Notes under the pieces: model-generated | Told to the model about the DNA's origin: nothing | Databases searched by the model: none | Seen by the model: the letters and a program-made list of their open reading frames with translations, nothing else | In this document: one piece after another, positions 30,652-47,512 of the stretch | How positions within the stretch are numbered: the first letter of the stretch is position 1 | Layout of the letters: every line of letters starts with the position of its first letter | Position numbers and translations under genes: made by a program | Source of the DNA: Octopus vulgaris | Taxonomy: Eukaryota | Length of the DNA stretch: 64,000 bases | Assembly (NCBI GenBank): GCA_951406725.2 | Contig: OX597829.1 | Location: forward strand, 31,992,001 to 32,056,000 | Reading direction: 5' to 3'

Positions 30652-33287
30652 CTGAAAATAAAAATAAGCTGAAGTATTAAATGGTTTCATTGTTGTGAGT
30701 TTTACTATAATGTTAATTAAAAATATTCAATAGTTTAACATTTTAATTGAAAATATTTAAAAATTATTTCACTGGTTCTACTTAGCTCAAGCTTGAACGA
30801 GTGAACTCGAGATCAAAAACATTCCAGCCATAACCATACCATGTTTTCTTTGATGGTGGCAAGTGTAGCAATGTATTATTAATGTTTTTGCCCTTATTTC
30901 TAATTTTTCTTTCTCAGGTGGTAAAATGTGATCTGAGAGGATTAACTGTATGATAGGTTAAAAGTTTTTGAGCTGGTAAAATGTCACTGGGAAGGTTTAA
31001 CTGTGTCATACGTTTAAATTTCTGATGGTAAAATGTAAAGCAATTAAACCTTTCCAATCATATTTTACCGCCTGAAAAAATTTAAACAAGTAACACAGTT
31101 AAACCTCTCCAGTGACATTCTATCATTTCATTGAAATGAAGCAGCTAAACCTTCCAAATCACGGGTTAAAATTTGGGTGGGGTAGTAAACTGTGATTTGA
31201 ATGGTTTGACTGCTTCACTTGTTTACATTGTTTGGTAGACTTTAATCGTAAACAAATTTTGTCTTCCTATCTATGAAGATAGGTGGTCAAAAGATTTCCT
31301 TAATTTTCCAGCAGGAACTGGTAACGTCAGTTAGAGAACCACTGAAATAAGAGCTATCCTTTTAAATTCCAGGCAGGTGCTGTTATTCTGAAAGCAGGGT
31401 AGGAAGTAATTAAAGAAATAAAGTTTGAACAATTTTTAAAAATATCCTAATCTCGATATTTTTGGAATATATTGGACTATATTGTTCAGTGTATCTTCTA
31501 CTTAATAAAACGTCTGCGGTGTGTGAACAGTGAGATTTTTGCTGTTATTTCTAGCAAGTCGACTAATCATATTGAGGCCTCCCATCCAACTCGTTCTCGG
31601 TTCCACGTGTTGGTTGGGTATCGATTAGCAGGTAAAGCATATTAAAAATTATCTTTTTTCCCGATAACGTAGGAATTTCTTTATTAAAGAAAGAAATTTA
31701 GATGGAACAACTGAGGTATCTGCTCAGATTCGATTCTACTGAATGCCACATTGGGAATGACTTGTAGTGTAGTTTCAAGTCGACCAATTTTCTGTGGAAT
31801 TGGTCGACGGAAACTGTGTGGAAGCTTGTCACATAGTTTTAGGAAACTGATGAACCGGTGATTTCGGATTTGCAATTTTTTTAAATTGTAGGTCGTGCTG
31901 AAGTTGTATTCATAATGACGTACCCTAATGAATCGCATGATAATTTCAATTCCTGATTCAATGGAAACCAAATGGAATCAAATGATGACAAAAAGAATTG
32001 TTTTCTGCGTTAAATTTACTTTCAACCGTTTTCTCTTTCCTTTTTCTTTTTTCAACCTTAAGCCTCTGAAGCTATCTCTTCTGGGGCAATAAGTGTTCCT
32101 CTAGGAACCATTTTGCACTCCAATATATCGAAACCGTGGAGTTACTTTTGGAAGCTTTAAATGTATTAAGGTCGAACAGCCTCTGCATTAGAAATGTAAA
32201 TTTATTATCTATTAAATAGCATTTCGTTCTTTACTTTCCATTGTTTTATATTTTAAGTGTTGTCTTCTACATTAAGCAAACAATAAACAGAAACTGTATA
32301 CTGGGAGACTTCAGATTATATATTGGGTAACGTTCGTGAAACAAACGAGGTTGAATAATTAGTAATTCTTTTCAATGAATTTATTATACTGAATTGAAAA
32401 TTGAACAGGTTTAAATAAACGTAAAAATTACGAAGTTTTATTTTGGAGCGGATTGTCAAGTGCCTTTTAGATAATTTAATAAAAGACCATATTTGTATTT
32501 GATTCTCAATAACGTCATAAAATGATTGAGAATTACCACAAACGTAAATAAAAACATGACTTTATAAATTGAATTAATATGTTATCTTTAGTGCATTTTT
32601 TTGGAACGTACAAACAATGTTAAAAGGGGAAAGTGTTCCATTGTTCATCTACAACAATGTTTTGGCTCCTTATTGTCCCAAAAGAGATAGTTTCAGAGGT
32701 TTAACTGACAAGTTGACTTTCTGAAACTCTGGTTTGTTTGATTGTCTTTTCTTTACTACATTATACAATACAATAAACTGGGACAAATAAATATATGTAG
32801 GATAAGGTAAATTAAAAGCGACCGAGTGGAGAAACGCTAGAATACCTACCAGATTCAGAACTAACTGATTTTTATTTGGTTTATAACAGTGGCAATAGGT
32901 ATTCCAACAATTTTTACTTGGCAGATATTCCTGAATTTATACATTGTTGCATTAATGGCTAATGTTCTCCACGGTCTTGGTACAAAGAAGAGAAAAAATA
33001 CCTAATATCACTAACTAGAGGTGATATGGAGACTCAACGATGAACAGAGGACTTTTTGTAGAAAGAGAACTGGGTCTGCAGCCAGTAACGTTATGAAACA
33101 GTTTGAAAGTCAATCGGAAACGAGTGTTTATCACTTGTAGCGTAACATAGCTGTTCGGCAAATACCCATTGATAAAATAGTACCAAATTTAGAAATAATT
33201 ACTTGGATCAATATACGCGATTGAACCTTTTGATGGCGGTACCTTAGCGTGGATGCAGTCCAATAACCAGTAAAAAAAACTAATATA

Positions 33288-33528
33288 CAGGGTTGGCCAA
33301 AAGTCATCCGACAGTAAATCAAAATTCCATACATACTTGATAATCAAATTTATTTATTCATTCCAGTTACGAATGTTTAATAACTGAATGCTATGAGTTA
33401 AATCACCGTTTCTTTTCCAACACGTCTCTATTTATTAGCAAAGTCCCTTATAAATTAATTTCTTTTTTCTAATCTTGGAATTTGATGGGTTTTTTTATTT
33501 ACTGTCAGGTGACTTTTGGCCAATCTTA
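33288..33528. mobile_element. Tc1/mariner-type MITE
   Basis: TIRs cagggttggccaaaagtcatccgacagtaaat and atttactgtcaggtgacttttggccaatctta, flanked by TA on both sides. Confidence 0.8.
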
Positions 33529-33540
33529 TATATATGTGTG

Positions 33541-33624
<84 letters not shown>

Positions 33625-33627
<3 letters not shown>

Positions 33628-33895
33628 TCCCTCAGACACTTCAAAACGTCACAGTAGAACTCTCAGTTGACGGTTTGGATCTTTTCTATTTGATAGACGG
33701 AATTTTCTAGTTAACTAAAAAATTTGAAACTTCGTATACTGGTAGAATGTGTCAAAAGAAAACATTTTTGTAAACAAAATTGAAAACAAAATTGTAATTC
33801 GTAACTTAAACGTAGTTTAATTTTTACGAATTTTAACCAATGAAATCCCAGCATTGCTGCGTTATCGATATTGATAAAGAAATATAGCAGACGCA

Positions 33896-33936
<41 letters not shown>

Positions 33937-35139
33937 CTCTCTCTCTATCTCAAACACATGCATATACATTTGCACAAGCACATAGTAATTAATATATAAG
34001 CGTACACACACATACAAACGGACATATACATACACACACATACGCACACAAGCATACATTACACGTTCGTGTTTTGCTACTTGCCGCAACAAATTTGCAC
34101 AAAAGGTAAATAAACCAGAAGGGGGGGGGTCAATGTTTCATCGTTTCGGGGTCGATAGATTAAGTACCAATTACGCACTGGTGTCGAGGATTTTTTCCCA
34201 ATTTATATCACAGCTTCCGACAAGCTGGGGGCATCCTTTTATGAAAAAATATTTCGCAATTTTTTTTACAATACTACTCACACTCCACGCGCAAACTCGA
34301 GACCGATTTAGGCATATTATTGTTTTGTTTTTGTTGTTTATGGCCCTTCAAAACCATGGGAGAAGCCTTTTCGGTAAAAAAAAAATAAAGAAAATATTCA
34401 AAAAATATCGTTAATATTTTTATTGGGAGACGAAATTCATCGATTTAAGAGATATAGCTGTTATTTCTAGCACATGTAGAAGACAGAAGACAGAAGAGAG
34501 AAAGGACGAGTAAGACGTGTGCGTGTGAGTTTTTAGATGCAGTAAATAATTTGAGCTCGAATGCTGCGATTTCATTGGTTAAAATTCGTAAAATTAAACT
34601 ACGTTTAAGTTACGAATTACAATTTTGTTTTCAATTTTGTTTACAATAATGTTTTCTTTTGACACATTCTACCAGTATACGAAGTTTCAAATTGTTTAGT
34701 TAACTAGAAAATTCTGTCTATCAAACAGAAAAGATCCGACGGTTTGGCTTTGGGGGACGAATACTCGACGCACAATACCATATTTCCGGGGGTCACGCTC
34801 ATGGCAGTTCTTCTAGATGCCTCATCGTCTTGAAGCGCCCGTGTCACTCGAAATATTGCTTACAACCCATTGCCTCGTCGCCGTAAGCTTGCCGAATCAT
34901 GCTCAATGGCTCTGTGATAGACTTCCCAAGTTTAATGCAAAATTTCACATTGGCTCTTTGTTCTTGTCCATTGCTAAATAGCAGACTACAGCATACACAT
35001 GATCACAAAAACACAGCAGTGTCACTCGGCATACTGCCTCATGAAGGTCACTGCTAACTCTCACTGTGAACGCAATCCTATGCTACCATCTGTTGGTACG
35101 CTACAGAACTTTGTCCAGGAACTTTTTGATACCACCTCG
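33625..35139 (-). mobile_element. Internally deleted mariner element, interrupted by a long-TIR insertion
   Basis: TA + TIR cgaggtggtatcaaaaagttcctggac; EQRANVKFCIKLGKS...QAYGDEAM; VFVPQSQTV continues as N*EFYCDVLKCLRE across the 33677-34737 insertion. Confidence 0.8.
33677..34737. mobile_element. Non-autonomous DNA transposon with ~180-bp TIRs (same family as 24546-25308)
   Basis: GGATCTTTTC...GAAAAGATCC ends; 8-bp TSD gacggttt at 33669-33676 and 34738-34745. Confidence 0.92.
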
Positions 35140-36261
35140 TATGTAGAAGTAAATCTGGATTGACAAAGCACATGGAAATGCCACAACAATTTCCAGTAGT
35201 TTTTTCAGTGAAATCAAACATTTCCATGTGATAGTGTGGAAAAATTTGTAAATCTCTAGTTGGACTAAAGTCATTTTCGGCCAACATGTAGCCTATCTCA
35301 AGCCATCTTGTAGTAATTTTAAAGCGAAAAGTTTTAGCTCCATATTACCTGCTAGTTTGTATGTTGGTTATTAACTAGTTTGGTGCCTGTGTACACATAA
35401 TTTCCGTTTAGTAAATTCACTTGGCAATGGTGGATCCTAGACTATTGTGGAAGACACCAGCCCAAGGTGTCATGCAGTAGGACTGAACCTGAAACCACAT
35501 GGTTGCAAAGCGAGCTTCTTAAGTGTTTTGATTTATTATGTGAATACGGTTGTTTTTGTGGGTGGGTACAATCTGTACGAACTTCGCTTTTCAGTCATTG
35601 AGTTTTAGTAACGTTGTTTTGGATTTACGTTTTTTCATTTAAAATTGCACTTCTCACGAACCTTGAAATACAGACTGGTAGTAGTCACTGCATTTTTAAA
35701 GAAATGAAGAGATATATGAATGGGCCGAATTCATGTATTCTTTTAAGAGCTGAATGTTTTTTTCTCTTTTGTTGCTTAGTTTATTTTCATACGAATTAAC
35801 AAATATTTGCACAGTTTCGACATTAAGTTTGTGAACAAAAGCATATAGAAAGATATTTGTTGATTGGCTTTATTTGAATCAATTTTGATTAACTATGTTA
35901 TCGATTGTATTGTGTTTCATTATAAGGCTGATGAAGCAAATCTATGATAAAATTATTCCAACCGTCACCACTTTCTTTTTTTTACAGCATAGGACTACGT
36001 TACCCAATGTGTACATCTTTCTTTTTGTTTAAGACAATGTGGTATGATTTGATGCAGATTCAACGGCTACACATATTAATTTGGACTCGTTTTTGAAATC
36101 ATTTGCTGCATTACAGTGTTATCAATTGTAAAGCAAAGTTTACTGCGTTTTTTTTTGTTTGTTTTTGTCGTTTTCAACCAACACATTATCCCTCCTTTCT
36201 GTGAAAATTATCCATTTTCTCCTTAATTCTCATCATGTATTCTTTTATTTGTTTGTTATTT

Positions 36262-36431
36262 GACAGCGGCCATGTTGGAGCACCGCCTTTAGTCGAACAA
36301 ATCGACCCCAGGACTTATTCTTTGTAAGCCTACTGCTTATCCTATCGTTCTCTTTTGCCGAACCGCTAAGTTACGGGGACGTAAGCACACCAACATCGAT
36401 TGTCAAGCGATGGTGGGTGGACAAACATAGA

Positions 36432-36436
<5 letters not shown>
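36262..36436 (-). mobile_element. SINE 3' portion (same family as 54098-54416)
   Basis: Reverse complement matches gcttgacaaccgatgctggtgtgtttacg...aagaataagtcct. Confidence 0.75.
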
Positions 36437-36495
<59 letters not shown>

Positions 36496-36665
36496 CATAG
36501 ATACATACATATATATACATATATACACATATACACATATATACATATATACACATATATATACATATATATACATACACATATATATACATATACATAC
36601 ATACAGACAATATAATATACACACACACACACAACACACACAGACACACACACACACACACACAC

Positions 36666-36720
<55 letters not shown>

Positions 36721-36730
36721 ACACATATAT

Positions 36731-36763
<33 letters not shown>

Positions 36764-36970
36764 AATACACACACACACACACACAAAAAAAAAAAACAAA
36801 AAAGAAAGGCACAATACATGTATATTATATATATGACAGAGAGAAAAGTATGGTTTATTTGGATATGTTGTATATCATTATATATACATAGATAATAGAT
36901 ATAGGAAGAATATTTATATATACGATATACATATATATAGTATATATATACACATATACATATACACACA

Positions 36971-37010
<40 letters not shown>

Positions 37011-37041
37011 CATATCATTATATATACATATTCATACATAT

Positions 37042-37078
<37 letters not shown>

Positions 37079-37486
37079 TAGCTATTTTATATATATATAT
37101 ATATATATACATATTATATCAATTTATATACAGAAACAAATATTACCCTAACTCATAGAAAAAAGAAATATATAATGGCTGTGTAAGAATATTTAGAATG
37201 TAAAGTTATATGCTGGTTTTGTTAATAGTTTCTATATATATATCTCTAATTTATACAATATATATGTTATATATTTGAACATTCTCTTTAGAATTATATT
37301 TTCTAAAAAATGGTATATATATATATAACATATATATATACAATAACATATGAATGCTATATATAAAAGGAAATATATATATATACATATATATATATAG
37401 CTACAAGTCTATTATACAGGAGAAGTTCCCCACCACACACACATCACCACCATGTTATATATATATATACATAACATATATATATG

Positions 37487-37561
<75 letters not shown>

Positions 37562-37884
37562 TATATATATATTGAAATATATATATATATATACATGCTT
37601 CATATACATCACCAGAATAATTTCACTTAAATAAGAAAGAAATGGTGAATCATAAAGACAGAACAATAAGCAACAGCTGCAGCAACGAAAAAACAAAGAT
37701 AATCGTGTAAAATGTTTATATAAAAAGAATGTATCAAAGAATTAAAGGAAGTGCAGAAAGATACAATACATTATATATATATATATATATATATATAAGT
37801 AAGATAAGATATGTCAACTCAAATACAACCAACATTAACAAAATATATGCGGCAATATTTATATGTGATTGGTCTCAGTGCCTT

Positions 37885-38760
37885 TTCTATTTGAGCCGTT
37901 GACATGATCTTGATCTTTCTTGCTGCCAGAGTATGTTTGGTAAATTATTGTTCTTTCTGCTACTTCCTTTAAAACTTCTTGGTGGGAGGAACACTTTCAC
38001 TTCTTTCCCCTCCCTTTTAAGCATTCCCTTGAACATGCTCACATCCTCCATCTTTGTTTTTTTCTTTTGTTGCTGCAGCATAATTTCTTGCTTCCATTGC
38101 TTCGTCTATTTTCTTTATACACTTCACCATTTCTTCCTTAGACGACACAAAGTCCGAAGAAGGGCAGTTTACTTCTGGTGGTATGTCTTCTACCCTAACC
38201 CTGAAAGCATGTCTCCCAAGGTATACGGGTAGAAGCACCACTTCGTCCGTTTTCAATAGTGTGGCTGTGTGCAGTCTAGCGGTAGCTATATCCCGAAACT
38301 TCACATCCACCGTTCCGTACTTTCTTGCCGTGGCAAGGTAGGATATCTCTTGTCAGACTGGCCTTAAGGCCTTTTCAACTTGTGCATCCGACACCACTTC
38401 TATTTTTCTTGTTGCCACCGCGTATGTTCTGTAAACAATCGTTCTCTTTTCCTTATCTTTTAACACTTCTTTGGTGGTGGTGGTGGTGGTGGTGGTGGGG
38501 AACACTTTCACGTCGTTCTCCTCCCTTTTAAGTATTTCTTTGAACTTGCTCAGCTCTTCCGGGCTTATGTCTTCAATTTTTCCTTTTGCCGCTGCAGCGT
38601 AATTCTTTGTTTCTATTGCTGCGTCAATCTTGTTAAAAAATTTCACCATTTCTTCTTCAGACAACACAAATTCTAAAGAAGAATAGTTCAAATCCTCACA
38701 ACTCATCACACGATGCTCCCCACCCCATTAAATTAGAGGGAAACCGTCGCATCGCCAAGG
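37885..38760 (-). mobile_element. Decayed LINE ORF1/gag-like fragment with internal duplication
   Basis: SEEEMVKFFNKIDAAIETKNYAAAAK recurs as SKEEMVKCIKKIDEAMEARNYAAATK. KYGTVDVKF..LLPVYLGR..RVRVEDIPPE resembles LINE ORF1 (inference). Contains stops. Confidence 0.6.
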
Positions 38761-39209
38761 CAGAAAAAAAAACACGTGGTTAACAAACAAAACCAGCAAT
38801 CCAACTGACAAACGCTATACCGGAAGCAAGCTTCTTACCACACAGCCATTCCCGATGAATTTCGATTTTCTTTTCCTTCTATTTATTTAAAAGTTAGGGT
38901 GGAGATAGGGAATTTGTTTCTGGTAATAAAAACAAAATTAGAAAACTTATCAATACGTGTAAAAAAAACTGATAATCAAATCAACTCGAGAATAATCAAA
39001 TCAAATTTTTATCAAATCTCATGAAGCTAACAGAAGTAGAAACAACTTTTAAAAAACTAAATCGATACGAAATTCCGATTGGATTTCTGTTTTCACTCTC
39101 GATTCCATCCCTCACCCCAATTTTTCAGATATAAAAGCAAAACGCTTAATTAGCTGCCCAAATTTAAAATAGTAATTGAATCAATTGTGCACGCTATAAT
39201 GATCAATTT

Positions 39210-39256
<47 letters not shown>

Positions 39257-39520
39257 TGTGTGTGTGTGTGATTTAAGATAGTAGCTCACCTACACAGCAT
39301 TTATAGGTGAGCTACTAAGTTTCATACTTGGATAGTACAATCGTCGGACGGACTTATAGTGTGTCATCCTTTTCAACCAGAACTCTGGGTTGAGAAATCC
39401 CAAGAACTGTTATCGTCTAGTATACACACATGCATAAACACATGCACGTATATATACACACATAGATGCACATACCCACCTTTGCGAATATAGATACACA
39501 CACATACACATACTTATATG

Positions 39521-39605
<85 letters not shown>

Positions 39606-39917
39606 ACGCGCACATATGCACTGACACACACGCATCTATATGTGTACATATACACACAAACATGTACAGATATCTACACACATATACACGCATACATATG
39701 TACATCTATACATACATACATACATACATACAGATACACGGACACATAGGAATGAGCTATATGCCAATCCACTCATATACATGTATATGCATCTATATTA
39801 TATATAAGGCGTTCCGTGGTCGCTTGATCTTGGTGGTGCTTTGGACAGTCTTGATGTGAAGTGCCTTCCAAGTCAATTGCGTTCGAAAAGACTAAAGCTC
39901 ATTAAAAGATCTCTGTG

Positions 39918-40193
39918 ATGGCTGCCCATGCTTATTATTCATTTGATGATGTAACTAGTATCTTCCCATCCAAGCAGACAGTAAAATGGTCAGATATGAA
40001 AACTGGTGCAAATCTCCGTGTATACATGAATGGAAACGATCTCATTGGGGAAACTGAGATTAATGGAGAGATGAAATATTACCGACTTGACTTAACTAGA
40101 CAACTTGAGGAAGGTTATCGACCGAAATTAACACTAAATAAAAGAAAACATACCATAACTCTTAAGTATGGATCTGGGTGCATGTTTTCTTAA
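39918..40193 (+). CDS. Unassigned 91-aa high-complexity ORF
   Basis: ATG ORF MAAHAYYSFDDVTSIFPSKQTVKWSDM...; TATA-like tatataag at 39801; no family recognised. Confidence 0.3.
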   Translation: MAAHAYYSFDDVTSIFPSKQTVKWSDMKTGANLRVYMNGNDLIGETEINGEMKYYRLDLTRQLEEGYRPKLTLNKRKHTITLKYGSGCMFS

Positions 40194-40289
40194 TTGTCAT
40201 TAAACATATTCCATTTGAAACTGCTGAAAATGAAGAACATGATATATTATCTGCCTTGAAGGAAGACACGCAAAAGTATAAATATATAT

Positions 40290-43297
<3,008 letters not shown>

Positions 43298-43367
43298 ATA
43301 TCTATAAATCGATCTATATCTATATATATATATCTATATATATATATATATATATATACACATACAT

Positions 43368-43700
43368 ATATCAACGCGGTACTCCGTCGGTCACGACGAC
43401 GAGGGTTCCAGTTGATCCGATCAGCGGAACAGCCTGCTCGTGAAATTAACGTGCAAATGGCTGAGCACTCGACAGACACGTGTACCCTTAACGTAGTTCT
43501 CAGGGAGATCCAGCGTGACACAGAGTGTGACAAGGCTGGCCCTTTGAGTGAGAGAAAGTTGTGGTGAAGGAGTACAGCAGGGTTCGCCTCCATCCCCTGC
43601 CGGAGCGTCTTGGAGCTTTAGGTGTTTTCGCTCAATAAACACTCACAACGCCTGATCTGTAAATCGAAACCGCGAATCCAATGCCCTAACCACTGGGCCA
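43368..43700 (-). mobile_element. SINE-like element
   Basis: The minus strand starts with a tRNA-like head, tggcccagtggttagggc..gcggtttcgatt (A/B-box-like), followed by a GC-rich body between microsatellites. Confidence 0.7.
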
Positions 43701-44262
43701 TGTGTGTGTGTGTGTGTGTGTGTATACATACAGATAGCCGTATATACAAAGAGTTATATACTGTACTCACATATAATGACATGCATATGTAATTATGCAC
43801 ACATACAAATACCTACAAACTACAAACACATTATTTTGGTGGGTTCTGTAAAATAAACACAGTACTTCTAGTTCATAGTTATATCAGTGTTTGCAAACAG
43901 GAAGAATGATTAAGCTTGTTGACTATAGACAGCCACAAAGATGAATTAATCGTTCCTATTATATTGTACAAATGTGTACTTAAACCTATGGTTACATCTT
44001 ATTAGCCTTTCGATGCTTCTGTTTATTAGGTTCTCTTTGCCCTATAAAATGCATAAGAATTCCCCTGAATAAAGAGTCTCATGAATTCCGCTTCCTCACA
44101 TATTTCGTATAAATTCTACGACTACAAAAGAATTACTGAAGTAAATCCAGTGGCATATGCCCCCATACTATTGTTGATGTCAGGTAGCCGAATACTGTGA
44201 ACGGGCTTTAAAAAGCCTACTACAAGGTGCACATCTGAATATAAAATCATATTATATATGTG

Positions 44263-45495
44263 CATGGGTTGGACAAAATAACGGAAACACCTTAAAATTT
44301 CAGACAAATTTATTTTGATATGGAGTAGGACCGCCTTTGGTAGTAATTACCACTTGAATTCTACGAGGAATGGACTCGTACAAAGTTTGCATTGTTTCCA
44401 AAGGAATTTTTGTCCATTCTTCAGCTAAAACAGTCTCCAGTTCTTGTAGTGATGATGGTAGAGGATATCGACTCCTTACTTGTTTTTCTGAAATGCACCA
44501 TAAGTGTTCAATAACATTGAGATCTGGGGGCTTTAGTGGCCAGATAAGATGTTCAACTTCTCTAGAATGTTCCTTCTGCCATTCAGTAACAACTTTAGCT
44601 GTGTAAATTGGTGCATTATCATCCTGAAAGATTCTGTTTCTCTTCGGAAACAGTTCTGCAGCCATAGGATGAATTTGATAAGATAAAATGCTTAAATAGT
44701 CTTGACTATTAATTCTGCCATGAAGGGAAACCATTGGGCCGGCGGATTTCCAAGATATAGCCCCCCCCCCCCACCAGATCATCACAGATCCTCCTCCATG
44801 TTTAACAGTTGGAAGAAGGCAGTGTAGGTCAAATGCTTCTTTTGGCTGTCACCACACGTATACTCGGCTGGTCGTCGGAAATAAGGTAAAAGATGACTCG
44901 TCCGAAAAAATAACATTCTTCCCCTGTTCTAGGAACCAATTTCAGTAGGTTTTTACTCCATTCTAAACGCTTTGCAACGTTTGTTTTTGAAAGTAGTGGT
45001 TTTCTGATTGCACCTCTCCCGTGAAATCCGGCTTTGTGCAGCTCCCGGCGAACAGTTTTTGTGGAAACTGGGTTCTCGAGGTGGTCATTTAGTTTTGTAG
45101 TAATTTTGGGAGATGTACGTTTGTGACCCTTTCTAGCAACTCGCGTAAGAATCCGACGGTCCCTATCTGAAAGTTTTGGTTTTCTGCGGGAATTTTGTTT
45201 CGACGAGGAGGTTTTTCCCTCTTTCTCAAAGGCTGTCATTACTTTCGAGACAATACTTCTTGATACACCAAACATTTCGGCTGTTTTCGTTACGCTAGCA
45301 CCTATCATACGAGCACCAACAATTTGACCTCTTTGGAAGTCCGATAGATCTGTCATTTTGATGAATTTTTATTACCTTTCTTTATGATATCTGAAAAGAA
45401 ACAGCAATTTTAGCAAAACATATTAAGCAACACTAATAATAATTCAAAAACATAAAAATAAACTAGCTATTTCAGAATCATAATGCTATGATGTC
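44263..45495 (-). mobile_element. Tc1-like transposon (DD36E spacing), near-complete pseudogenised transposase 45356-44300
   Basis: MTDLSDFQRGQIVGAR HTH, FSDES, KHGGGSVMIW and FQDDNAP..PDLNVIE motifs. One frameshift near 44940 and one TGA. One TIR at 44263; the other end is cut by the gap. Confidence 0.93.
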
Positions 45496-45595
45496 NNNNN
45501 NNNNNNNNNNNNNNNNNNNNNNNNNNNNNNNNNNNNNNNNNNNNNNNNNNNNNNNNNNNNNNNNNNNNNNNNNNNNNNNNNNNNNNNNNNNNNNN
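45496..45595. other. Assembly gap (100 N)
   Basis: Run of N. Confidence 1.
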
Positions 45596-45610
45596 ACACA
45601 CATACATAGT

Positions 45611-45672
<62 letters not shown>

Positions 45673-45809
45673 CATACATAGAACTTATATTGCCCTTGTT
45701 TATAAGTTGTTTATGAATTTCAACCTTTAAAGGTATTTTTTAATTTGCTGGCCATTGATAGAATTTTTTTCGAAAACTTTTATCCTATATTAGATATATA
45801 TATATAGAT

Positions 45810-45930
<121 letters not shown>

Positions 45931-46242
45931 TGTAACGATAAAGTTTATATTAGAGTAATTGTAACGGTTAAAGTTTTTAATTTGGTGTGGTTACCAATTG
46001 TAACAGGTAAGATTGATTTGTGAACTATTATTATGAAACGTGGAGGCAGTGGTAACGATAATAATTTGTGGTTATAATTGTTGTTTACTGTAGGATGTGA
46101 AAGATAGACAATGCATGAAGTTTTAAGTGAAATATTTATTTACTGTTTCTTTACAATACCTTGCCTCGACGGGCAAGTTATGATACATGCAAAAGCATGC
46201 GAAGTAAAGTTTGTGTTTGTGTCCTCTTCATTGTTTAGTAGT

Positions 46243-46280
<38 letters not shown>

Positions 46281-46752
46281 CTGTTGTAAGAGAACAGAAT
46301 TAGAGTTTGAGAGAATTGTAGGGTGTTGTCTGACAATTGATGGCAGTAAACTTCATTTCTCCCTCTGACCAATGTTGGTCAGTTGAGTCAGACCACGTTG
46401 AGTCGTCACAATGACTGTGACTAACTCCGTTAAGTCGTCACGACTGTGACGAACTGATTTTTGCCTTGGGTATGCTTGCTTATATAAAGATCCAGAAGGA
46501 TAGATATATTATTGAGAACAATAGATTTATTTGGTGGTCTTGTTATCTCTATTCTAGCTTTTTTGGTGAAGTAGAAGAGGTTAGAAAGGATCAAGTGGTG
46601 GAGACATTATTTCGGCCTTGCTAAAGACACATGGAAAATGTAAAACTGCTGTCAGAGAATAACCATTGTTCCATCGTGGGAAAAAGTTCTGTTGCACTGT
46701 TAATTTAAATTTGGCTGTGGTGGATCGATTCCACTTCATGCATGCAAGATCA

Positions 46753-46854
<102 letters not shown>

Positions 46855-46910
46855 CACACACACACACATATATATGTGTGTGCACACAAACACACACACA
46901 CACATATATA

Positions 46911-46945
<35 letters not shown>

Positions 46946-47421
46946 TTAAAACTCTTTAATGTGCATAAAACGGAAGCATAAACATTGTGGGTTAAATTCA
47001 GCTTTGACATAAATATGGAATTACTCTTTTGGGTTTTAATTGAATTTATTCGCTTTACGTGGATGTATAAAGTAATAACTGTATTATAATTGTCTAATTT
47101 ATATACTCATACGCATATAATTTTGTAAGCGCTTGTATATATATGTATATGTATGAATATATATATATTGAACCTTGTATCGTGAATTTTTGATATGTTA
47201 GTAGACATTATTATAATATGTATGTTCTGTTGAAAATTATCGTTAATGCAATAACATTTTTGTTACTGATAAACATAGTAGTGTATATACGTTCTAATAT
47301 ATTTACATAAGTATACGACGCATGGTATATCCAATGTAATATATTGTTCAATGGTGTTCATTAATGTATTTTGCGCATGTGAATAGTATGTACACTTTGC
47401 TTATGTATGTATATATCTATT

Positions 47422-47512
<91 letters not shown>

